Positions 37,786-45,781 of a stretch of 64,000 nt of DNA are shown piece by piece. Made by a program: the position numbers and the translations under genes. Position 1 is the stretch's first letter. Every line of letters begins with the position of its first letter. This DNA comes from Coriobacteriia bacterium (GTDB taxonomy: Bacteria; Actinomycetota; Coriobacteriia; Anaerosomatales; SLCP01): the NCBI GenBank assembly GCA_019429145.1, contig JAHYJI010000001.1:2535-66534 (forward strand), read 5' to 3'. The notes under the pieces were generated by a model. It saw only the letters and a list, made by a program, of their open reading frames with translations, was not told the origin of the DNA and searched no databases.

Positions 37786-38799
37786 CTACTCGACGATTCC
37801 GAGGTCCCGGCCGCACGCTCGGCACGCGCCACCGCTCGTCGCGTGTTCAACTATGGTGTACCCGGTTCGCACGATCGCATGCGCTCCGCACGATGGGCAC
37901 ACCGTGTCCTCGCTCCCCGCCTCGGCCACGTTTCCGAGGTAGACGAAGTCGAGACCCTCCTCTGACCCGATACGTCGGGCTTCGCGCAGTGTGGGTATCG
38001 GCGTCGGGTCGAGGTGAGCGAAGTCGAGATAGGGGAAGAATCGGGTCACGTGCCACGGGGTCTGAGGTCCGAGAGCGCCCGCGATCCACGCGGCGATCGC
38101 CCGCAGCTCCTCTGCAGAATCGTTGATCGTCGGGACGACGTTCGTGACGACCTCGACGTGCATCCCCCACTGCTGCTTCGCCCGCACGGCTGCCTGGAAG
38201 ACCGGCTCGGGCGAGGGAACCTTGCACAGCGTACGGTACGCTCGCTCGCTGGCTCCCTTCACGTCCACGCGCCACACGTCGATGTGTTCGCCGAGGTAGT
38301 CCAGACCCTCTGTGGTGATGTAGCCGTTGGTCACCATGACGGTGAACAGGCCCGCGGCGTGACAGACCTTCCCACAGTCGCGGACGTACTCCGCCCATAT
38401 CACCGGCTCGTTGTAGGTGAAGGCGACTCCGGGGCAACCATGTTCGAGTGCCGAGGCGACCACGTCGTCCGGCTCGAGCCGCCCGGCACGGGGCGAGCCG
38501 TCCTCCGGACGTGCGCGGCTGATCTGCCAGTTCTGGCAGTGGCCGCACCTCATCGAACACCCGACGCTGCCAAGCGAGAGGACCGTGGCGCCCGGGCGAT
38601 AGTGGAAGACCGGCTTCTTCTCGATGGGGTCGACCGCAAGCGAGGACACGAGTCCGTACGTCAGCGCCTCAAGCGTTCCACGGGTGTTGCGGCGCACGCC
38701 GCACGCACCCGTGTGCCCCTCGGCGATGAGGCAGCGCCACGGACAGAGGTCGCACCGGACCCTGTCGCCCTCCGCGTGCCACACCTCTGCAGCGTGCAC
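37786..38799 (-). CDS. Radical SAM enzyme of the AmmeMemoRadiSam / PflA-like activase type
   Basis: Contains N-terminal CDLCPWRC...GAC, DPIEKKP, the radical SAM motif GCSMRCGHCQNW (CxxxCxxC), and a C-terminal CPSC...CRAC ribbon. Confidence 0.8.
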   Translation of the reverse strand: MHAAEVWHAEGDRVRCDLCPWRCLIAEGHTGACGVRRNTRGTLEALTYGLVSSLAVDPIEKKPVFHYRPGATVLSLGSVGCSMRCGHCQNWQISRARPEDGSPRAGRLEPDDVVASALEHGCPGVAFTYNEPVIWAEYVRDCGKVCHAAGLFTVMVTNGYITTEGLDYLGEHIDVWRVDVKGASERAYRTLCKVPSPEPVFQAAVRAKQQWGMHVEVVTNVVPTINDSAEELRAIAAWIAGALGPQTPWHVTRFFPYLDFAHLDPTPIPTLREARRIGSEEGLDFVYLGNVAEAGSEDTVCPSCGAHAIVRTGYTIVEHATSGGACRACGRDLGIVE

Positions 38800-38810
38800 G
38801 GTATCCCTCC

Positions 38811-40601
38811 TCAGTCCGGGGCGATCATGACCCTGTCGCGACCGAGCTCCTTGGAGCGGTAGAGCGCCCGGTCGGCCGCCTCGAGCAGCCGGTCCGCGTC
38901 GGAAGCCGACGGCCCCGCTGACGCCAGCCCTACAGAGATCGTGACCGACACCTCGCCCTCACGGTCAGGATCGACCACCGCGACGCGCTCGCCGGCGATG
39001 ACCCCGCGCAGCTTCTCGGCGACCGCATAGCCTGCGGTCTTACCGACGTTGGGCAGGATGAGTCCGAACTCGTCGCCACCGAACCGTGCGGGAATGTCCG
39101 TCTCGCGTACCGTCTCGCGTACCACGGTGCCGATCCTCTCCAGGACGGCGTCGCCTGTGGTGTGTCCGTACCCGTCGTTGACCGCTTTGAAGCCGTCCAG
39201 GTCGATCATGAGCAGCGTGAGGGGAGCGCCATAGCGCTGGTAGCGGGCAAACTCCGTGGCAAGCCGCTCCGAGAAGACCCTCCGGTTCCACAGCCCGGTG
39301 ACCGGGTCCAGCGTGGCCGACTCTTCGAGCGCCTCGTTGTTGCGCAGGAGGCGCTTGTGCTCGAGCGGGAAGCACATGTCCCAGCTCGAGTCTCCCGAGA
39401 GCACGGCGATCGCGTGGTCGATGCAGGCGTCGTAGCCACACGCCCCGCAGTCGAGGACCTGGGTGCGGTCGGCGAACTCGCCCTCTGCGAGGCACGCGTC
39501 GATCTGCTCGTCGGAGTAGGCGCGCGTGGGGACGGGCGATGCGCTGAATGCGCGGTCCAGACCCAGCGCGGGCAGGTGCGCGAGCACGGAGCGGGTGTCC
39601 ACCCCGGCAGGTGCGGCAGCCGGGGACCCCACGGTCTCGGTGAATAGTCTGCGTTTCGCGTAGACGGACAGCTCCGAACCGGTCGCAGGACCATCGACGC
39701 AGCCGTCGCAGTAGAGCATGTCGACGATCAGCGGCCCGGTCTCACCGCGATCGATCGCACCAAGTAGCTCGCCGATGCGCTCCGGTCCCCGGACCGTCAC
39801 GACATCCCTCGCGGTCATGTCGCGTGCGGCAAGCGTCGTACGGGGAAAGCCGTCTGTCAGCGAGATCTGCTTGTCGAGGCGCGGCCTCGGGACGCGGGAG
39901 GCCGCCGGAAACTCCGCAGGCATGCGGGCATCGGGCCATGCGATCAGCCGCTTCAGCTCGTCGAAACCGATGGCGACGTCGACCGCGCCTGCGAACGCAG
40001 GATCGTCGATCTCGTCCTTGCGCGCGTAGCACGGCGAGACGTAGACCACAGCCGTGTCGGCCGGGTAGAGCTCTTTGACGAGGAGCGCCTGGGCGATGTA
40101 GGGAGGGACGACGGGCGCGAGCGAATCGACGAGGGAGGGATGGTAGCGGGTCACCCATGCCGTGGCCACCGGACACGTCGAACGCAGAACGACCCAGCCG
40201 CGGGCGGCGGCGTGCAGCTGCTCGTAGACGGCCGCGACCATCTCCTCGCCGAGCAGCGTCGTCTCGGTCCCGTGAAAACCCGCGGCGTCCAGCGCCCACT
40301 CCAACTCGTCGAAGGACATCGGGTGCATCGCCGCGAGAAACTCCGTGGCCAGCACGGCGACCACCGGGCGGCCGGAGTCCAGCAGCTCGGCGACCCGCGG
40401 GAGGTCGTCGCGCACGGTGTGGCCCCCGCTACCGCACGCAGTGACGCAGTCGCCGCACTTCACGCACCGTTGGGGGATGACCTCCGAGCGCCGGTTGACG
40501 ACCCGTATCGCCTGCACCGGACAGACACGCACGCACCCCCAGCATTCACGACAAGAGTCGGGCGGGTTGCCGATGAGGAACTCGGTGGCGATCTCGCTCA
40601 T
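38811..40601 (-). CDS. Ferredoxin / [FeFe]-hydrogenase H-domain-like (HydS-like sensory) / Cx2Cx4Cx16C Fe-S domain / GGDEF diguanylate cyclase fusion (596 aa)
   Basis: From the ATG at 40601: CRECWGCVRVCP and CVKCGDCVTAC; STCPVATAW (C143); SPCYARKDE (C191); DMLYCDGCVDG (C298/C301); CGACGYDAC-x16-C (C385-C410); and RETD-x5-GGDEF (508-512). The ATGA overlap with the upstream QueT-like gene supports this start. Confidence 0.8.
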   Translation of the reverse strand: MSEIATEFLIGNPPDSCRECWGCVRVCPVQAIRVVNRRSEVIPQRCVKCGDCVTACGSGGHTVRDDLPRVAELLDSGRPVVAVLATEFLAAMHPMSFDELEWALDAAGFHGTETTLLGEEMVAAVYEQLHAAARGWVVLRSTCPVATAWVTRYHPSLVDSLAPVVPPYIAQALLVKELYPADTAVVYVSPCYARKDEIDDPAFAGAVDVAIGFDELKRLIAWPDARMPAEFPAASRVPRPRLDKQISLTDGFPRTTLAARDMTARDVVTVRGPERIGELLGAIDRGETGPLIVDMLYCDGCVDGPATGSELSVYAKRRLFTETVGSPAAAPAGVDTRSVLAHLPALGLDRAFSASPVPTRAYSDEQIDACLAEGEFADRTQVLDCGACGYDACIDHAIAVLSGDSSWDMCFPLEHKRLLRNNEALEESATLDPVTGLWNRRVFSERLATEFARYQRYGAPLTLLMIDLDGFKAVNDGYGHTTGDAVLERIGTVVRETVRETDIPARFGGDEFGLILPNVGKTAGYAVAEKLRGVIAGERVAVVDPDREGEVSVTISVGLASAGPSASDADRLLEAADRALYRSKELGRDRVMIAPD

Positions 40602-41185
40602 CGCTCGGCCGACCCGCCGAGAAGACCGGCCACCGGTGTGCGCCGCAGGAAGAGGGCGAGCGGCACTCCCAGACCGTAGATGACAACCGCCTGACTTGCG
40701 AAGATCACAACCACCCCGATGAGATACGCGGCGAGCCAGCCCGTGGCGGGGTCGAGACCGAAGAGCGATTCCTGGCCCAAACCCAGGGCAGCGAGAAGGA
40801 CCGGCAGGTAGGCAGGAACGATGAACGCGTTGGCTACGACGGGCCCGGCGAGCGCAACGAGTAGTCGGCCCCGGAAGTGCCACGTCCACCACGCGCCGAT
40901 CAGAGTCGCCAGCGAGCCGAACACGACGTCGAGTAGCCCGACGGGGCCGAGCTGGGCGACCAGTGACGCGTTCGCGATGCCGGTACCCAGTGCGAGCCCG
41001 GGAATCGCAGCCGGAGTGAACAACGCCAGCACAGTCAAGGCCTCACTGATGCGCAGTTGGACAGGCCCCCATCCGAGTTGCGCCGGCATCTGAAGCACCG
41101 CGAGCGTGACGGCTGCGTGGACGGCGGCGATCACGCCGGCCTGCGCGACGGAGCGCGTCCCTCTCGGTGCGGACCTTCCTGACAC
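40598..41185 (-). CDS. QueT-like (queuosine-precursor ECF S-component family) membrane protein
   Basis: About 5-6 TMs. The motif QLRISEALTVLALF and the later LLDVVFGSLATLIGA match my recollection of the QueT family. GTG start 3 nt after the kinase stop. Confidence 0.6.
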   Translation of the reverse strand: MSGRSAPRGTRSVAQAGVIAAVHAAVTLAVLQMPAQLGWGPVQLRISEALTVLALFTPAAIPGLALGTGIANASLVAQLGPVGLLDVVFGSLATLIGAWWTWHFRGRLLVALAGPVVANAFIVPAYLPVLLAALGLGQESLFGLDPATGWLAAYLIGVVVIFASQAVVIYGLGVPLALFLRRTPVAGLLGGSAER

Positions 41186-41188
41186 GCC

Positions 41189-42667
41189 CTAACCCCTCGG
41201 TATACGGACCGTGAAGACCGATCCTTCATCGACCGTGCTGCGAACCTCGATCGAACCGTGCAGCACATCGACAGTCGTCTTGGCGATCGCCAGGCCCAGA
41301 CCGAAGCCGCCCGTCGCCTCGTTGCGGGAGGCATCCGACCGGTAGAAACGTTCGAAAACGTTGTCGAGGTCCTCGGGCGGTATCCCGACGCCCGTGTCGG
41401 AGATCTCGAAGACGACCGACTCCTGTTCGCGCCGGGTGGACAGCTCGACCCGTCCTCCATCGGGCGTGTACTTGCAGGCGTTGTCGAGCAGTACCGACAG
41501 CACGTCCTCCACACGATCGGGGTCGCTCGTCACGAAGAGCTGGCCCTCTTCCGGTCCCACGACATCCAGGCCTTTCTCGTGATGGTGTGTCGCAGCCGCA
41601 GCGAGGGCCTCACGCGCCACGGCGTTCGCGTCGAAGTGCACGGACTTGACGTGCGCGACCTGATCGCTCCGAACGAGTGAGAGAAGGTTGCCACAGAGCC
41701 GCGCCATGCGCCGGGACTCGCGGTCGATCGCCGCGATGGCCTCCGCGCGCACTTCGGGGTCCTCAGCGCCCCAGGCGCGCAGGATGCTCGTGTATCCGCG
41801 AATCCCCGCCACGGGCGTGGCCAGCTCGTGCGATGCGTCCGCGACGAAGCGCGACTGCGCCTCCGCCCTCTGACGCAGCCGGTCGATAAGCCGGTTGATC
41901 GATCGCGCCAGTTCACCGATCTCGTGGTCACCGCCCACCGGAAGACGGACGTCGAGCCTCCCCGCGTCCACCGAGTCGGCCGCAGAACGCAGGTCGTCGA
42001 CGAGCCTGAGGACCCAGTTCATGCTCGTCTGCATCATCATCGTCATGGCGAGCATCGCGAAGACCGCCAGTGCGAGCATCGGCGGCCGGATCGAGTCGAT
42101 GACCGCCTCCTCGCGGAAGGGGTAGTACGAGACCTCCAGCAGCCCCTGTCCTCCTCCGGGCAGCACGATCGGGGCGTGTGCCACGTGGATGCTGAGCACT
42201 GCGGGCCCCACCAGGCCGGAGAAGAACGAACCGCGCGGAAACTCGGATGCCGTCTGCTCGCCCAGGCGGAGCGTCTCGCGCCGCTTGTCATCGAGTCCGG
42301 ACACGACGGCGACGTCCGAGCTCTGCCATAGCGACCGGAACTCCGCATCCAGGACCGCGATCTGGGGCTCCGCGGGAGCACGCTCCCCGAAGATGGTGCC
42401 CGCCTGGGAAAGGAACTCCGCCATCGCCACGCGCTCGTCCTCGGCAGACAGCGACTCCCCCTGCCCGAGGTCGCGCTCGAGCTCTCTGACCTGCATGTCG
42501 AGCACGCGCGCGTTGATCGACGCAACCCGCACCGGGCGGTCGCGCGCCACGGCAGCCATGCTGTCCGTCACGATCATGTACGACGTCAGAGAGATGCCGC
42601 CGACGGTCAGCACGGAAAAAAGCACCGAGATGGCAAGGAGCCGTGACCTGAGGGATGAACGTCTCAT
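41189..42667 (-). CDS. Sensor histidine kinase (2 TM, periplasmic domain, HAMP, HisKA, HATPase)
   Basis: H-box FVADASHELATP, N box LLDNACKYT, and G boxes DTGVGI / GGFGLGLAI. Confidence 0.9.
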   Translation of the reverse strand: MRRSSLRSRLLAISVLFSVLTVGGISLTSYMIVTDSMAAVARDRPVRVASINARVLDMQVRELERDLGQGESLSAEDERVAMAEFLSQAGTIFGERAPAEPQIAVLDAEFRSLWQSSDVAVVSGLDDKRRETLRLGEQTASEFPRGSFFSGLVGPAVLSIHVAHAPIVLPGGGQGLLEVSYYPFREEAVIDSIRPPMLALAVFAMLAMTMMMQTSMNWVLRLVDDLRSAADSVDAGRLDVRLPVGGDHEIGELARSINRLIDRLRQRAEAQSRFVADASHELATPVAGIRGYTSILRAWGAEDPEVRAEAIAAIDRESRRMARLCGNLLSLVRSDQVAHVKSVHFDANAVAREALAAAATHHHEKGLDVVGPEEGQLFVTSDPDRVEDVLSVLLDNACKYTPDGGRVELSTRREQESVVFEISDTGVGIPPEDLDNVFERFYRSDASRNEATGGFGLGLAIAKTTVDVLHGSIEVRSTVDEGSVFTVRIPRG

Positions 42668-43351
42668 CTAGTTGAGCGCGAAGAAGTAGCCGACCCCGCG
42701 GATGGTCTGGATGACGGTGTTCTCACGATCCCCGATCTTGTTGCGCAGGTGGCACACGAACACTTCGATAACGTTGCTGTCGGTCGAGCGTTCGCCCCCC
42801 CAGACGGCCGCGAGGATCTTGTCCCTCGGGATCACGGTACCGGCGTTTGCGACCAGGTATGCGAGCAGGTCGAACTCCTTGGCTGTCAGGTCGAGCGGAT
42901 CGCCCTCGAGGGTCGCCCGTCGTGCCTGCAGATCAATCTCGACGCCCGATGCACGCAGCGGATGGCCGACGCGCTCGTGGGCCGTCCGTTTGAGGAGTGC
43001 CGCCACCCGCGAGAGCAGTTCCGGAATCTCGAATGGCTTGCGCAGATAGTCATCGGTGCCTGCCTCGAATCCCGAAACCACGTCCTGGGTCTCCGAACGA
43101 GCCGTGAGCATCAGGATCGGGACGCGGTTTCCCGAAGCGCGCACCCTGCGCGCCACCTCGAGGCCGTCCACGCCGGGGAGCATCAGGTCCAAGACGATGA
43201 GATCGGGCGTGCCACTCTCGATCATCTCGAGCGCGGCCGCTCCATCGGTGGCCTTATCGACCTGGTAGCCCGCGTGAGTGAGCTCGAGTTCGACAAAGCG
43301 CGCTATCGTCCTGTCGTCCTCGACGATCAGGATCTTCTCGTCAGCCATCAC
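42668..43351 (-). CDS. OmpR/PhoB-family response regulator
   Basis: Receiver domain (ILIVEDD, DLIVLDLMLPG) and a winged-helix domain (..LT.KEFDLL..L..N.G.V..R..I). Confidence 0.92.
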   Translation of the reverse strand: MMADEKILIVEDDRTIARFVELELTHAGYQVDKATDGAAALEMIESGTPDLIVLDLMLPGVDGLEVARRVRASGNRVPILMLTARSETQDVVSGFEAGTDDYLRKPFEIPELLSRVAALLKRTAHERVGHPLRASGVEIDLQARRATLEGDPLDLTAKEFDLLAYLVANAGTVIPRDKILAAVWGGERSTDSNVIEVFVCHLRNKIGDRENTVIQTIRGVGYFFALN

Positions 43352-43399
43352 GCCTCCCGTAAGACATCGATCCCATTTTCCCGATGATACGCTGTCTGC

Positions 43400-44434
43400 T
43401 CACCGCATGCCGCTCCCGACGAGCGATTCGGCGATCTGGACGGTGTTAAGTGCCGCACCTTTGCGCAGCTGGTCCGCCACTACCCACATCGCGAGGCCGT
43501 TGGGCACGGTGGGATCGACCCGCAGGCGACCGACGTAGGTGTCGTCGCTGCCCTCCAGGAGCGCCGGCATCGGGTAGAGAGACTCTGAAGGATCGTCGAG
43601 CACTGTGATGCCGGGAGCCTCCTGCAGCGCACGACGCGCCTCGGCAAGCGTCACCGGCTGCTCGAACTCGATATGGACCGCCTCCGAGTGGCAGCGCAGC
43701 ACGGGAACGCGCACGCACGTGGCGATGACCGCGAGATCCGGTGCGTGCATGATCTTCTTGGTCTCCGCGACCATCTTCCACTCCTCTTTGGTGGAACCGT
43801 CGTCGAGGAAGACGTCGATCTGAGGGATGCAGTTGAACGCGATGCGATGCGCGAAGTGCTCGGGCTCGATGTCTCCGCCCGAGAGGAACGCGCCGGTCTG
43901 ATCGTAGAGCTCGTCCATCGCCGCAGCTCCTGCACCTGAGGCCGCCTGGTACGTCGCCACCACGACGCGGCTGATCGGGGACAGGTCGTGCAGCGGCTTC
44001 AGTGCGACAACCATTTGAATCGTCGAGCAGTTGGGGTTCGCGATCACCCCGTTGTGGCCGTGCACATCTGAGGCGTTGACCTCGGGGACCACCAACGGCA
44101 CGTCATCATCCATGCGAAACGCCGAGGAATTGTCGATCATGACGCAGCCGGCCCCGACCACCGCATCCCGGAAGCGCTTGGAGACCGAGGCGCCCGCACT
44201 GAAGAGCGCGATGTCGACACCGTCGAAGGAGCGGTCGGTCATCTCCTCCACGACGAGCTCGCTATCGTTGAACGGGAGCCGCACCCCCTCGCTGCGCTTC
44301 GATGCCAGCGCGATGACCCGCTCCGCGGGAAACTCCCGCTGCGCAAGCACGTTGAGCATCTCGCGGCCCACAGCGCCGGTCGCGCCGGCTACCGCAACGA
44401 CGGGGCGCTCGGGCATCTGCCGGTCCCAGCTCAT
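43400..44434 (-). CDS. asd: Aspartate-semialdehyde dehydrogenase
   Basis: Contains GATGAVG, the NPNCSTI active-site Cys, and QA.SGAG. Confidence 0.95.
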   Translation of the reverse strand: MSWDRQMPERPVVAVAGATGAVGREMLNVLAQREFPAERVIALASKRSEGVRLPFNDSELVVEEMTDRSFDGVDIALFSAGASVSKRFRDAVVGAGCVMIDNSSAFRMDDDVPLVVPEVNASDVHGHNGVIANPNCSTIQMVVALKPLHDLSPISRVVVATYQAASGAGAAAMDELYDQTGAFLSGGDIEPEHFAHRIAFNCIPQIDVFLDDGSTKEEWKMVAETKKIMHAPDLAVIATCVRVPVLRCHSEAVHIEFEQPVTLAEARRALQEAPGITVLDDPSESLYPMPALLEGSDDTYVGRLRVDPTVPNGLAMWVVADQLRKGAALNTVQIAESLVGSGMR

Positions 44435-44435
44435 C

Positions 44436-45695
44436 TCAGTTCACCTCACCGCACGCCGGGGACGACTCGGCGCTTATCTCGTCGCTGTCGAGACCGAAGC
44501 TCGTGTGCAGGGCGCGGACCGCGCGCTCGACCTCACTCGCCGAGATCACGCAGGAGATGCGGATCGACGACGTCGAGATCATGTCGAGGTTCACCCCCGC
44601 GCCGGCCAACGCCTTGAACATCTGTGCCGCTACGCCGGGATGCGTCTTCATCCCGGCACCCACCAGCGAGACCTTGGCGACCGACTCATCCACGGTCCAG
44701 GTGCGTGCTCCGAGTTCGGCCACCACCGCATCGGTGGCGCGCCGCGCACGCACGAGGTCCTCCTTGGGGGTGGTGAACGAGATGTCGGTCGTTCCCGACT
44801 CCGAGACGTTCTGGATGATCATGTCGACATTGACGTTGGCGTCGGCGAGCATGCCGAAGACGACCGCTGCCACACCTGGCCGGTCGGGAACGTCACGGAT
44901 CGTCACCTTGGCCTCCGAGGTGTCGTGTGTGACACCGGAGATGATGGCCTGTTCCATGGTCTCGTCACCCTCTCTGACGATGGTGCCGGGGCTGTCGTTG
45001 AAACTGGAGCGGCAGTGGAGCGTCACACCGTGGTTCCGTGCGAACTCGACAGCGCGCAGCTGCAGTACGCGCGCGCCGGTGGCCGCCATTTCGAGCATCT
45101 CCTCGTAGGAGATCTCATCGAGTTTGCGCGCCGCGGGGACCACCCGTGGGTCGGCGGTGTAGACACCATCGACATCCGAGTAGATCTCGCACACGTCGGC
45201 GCCGACCCCTGCAGCGATCGCGACCGCAGTCGTGTCCGAGCCGCCCCGGCCGAGAGTCGTGATGCTTCCGTCCACCGTCATGCCCTGGAAGCCGGCGACG
45301 ATGACGATCCGGCCCTGCTCGAGGGCTTCTCGGACGCGCTCGGCCCGGACCTCCCGGATCTTGGCCTTGGTGTGCCCCGCATCGGTGACGATCCCGACTT
45401 GCGATCCGGTAAACGAGATCGCCCGGTGGCCGAGCGAGTGGATGGCCATCGCGAGGAGCGCGATGGTGACCTGCTCGCCGGTCGCAAGCAGCATGTCCAT
45501 CTCGCGTTCGGGCGGCTCGGGACAGACCTCGCCGGCCTTAGCCACCAGCTCGTCGGTGACATCCCCCATCGCAGAGACCACCGCGACGACACGGTCACCG
45601 CACTGCTGGCGCGCGATGAGATGCCGGGCGACGTACATGATCCGCTCGGTCGAGCCGACCGAGGTTCCGCCGAACTTAGTCACGACCAGGGCCAT
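44436..45695 (-). CDS. lysC: Aspartate kinase (with probable in-frame internal beta-subunit start at 44957)
   Basis: N-terminus MALVVTKFGGTSV, plus GRGGSDTTA and two C-terminal ACT domains. The internal ATG (M247, MEQAIISGVTHD) is preceded by GAGAGGGTG. Confidence 0.95.
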   Translation of the reverse strand: MALVVTKFGGTSVGSTERIMYVARHLIARQQCGDRVVAVVSAMGDVTDELVAKAGEVCPEPPEREMDMLLATGEQVTIALLAMAIHSLGHRAISFTGSQVGIVTDAGHTKAKIREVRAERVREALEQGRIVIVAGFQGMTVDGSITTLGRGGSDTTAVAIAAGVGADVCEIYSDVDGVYTADPRVVPAARKLDEISYEEMLEMAATGARVLQLRAVEFARNHGVTLHCRSSFNDSPGTIVREGDETMEQAIISGVTHDTSEAKVTIRDVPDRPGVAAVVFGMLADANVNVDMIIQNVSESGTTDISFTTPKEDLVRARRATDAVVAELGARTWTVDESVAKVSLVGAGMKTHPGVAAQMFKALAGAGVNLDMISTSSIRISCVISASEVERAVRALHTSFGLDSDEISAESSPACGEVN

Positions 45696-45781
45696 CGAAT
45701 GTCTCCGTATCGGGACGAGGGGCCCTCAAGCCCCCCAGGGTTGCCGAACAGTGTACCAGGGACGCAAGCCATACACCTGTG

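Noticed and set aside
45696-45781. Possible lysine (L-box) riboswitch upstream of lysC
   Set aside because: Only 86 nt separate lysC from the upstream gene. This is too short for an L-box, and none of its conserved segments were seen.
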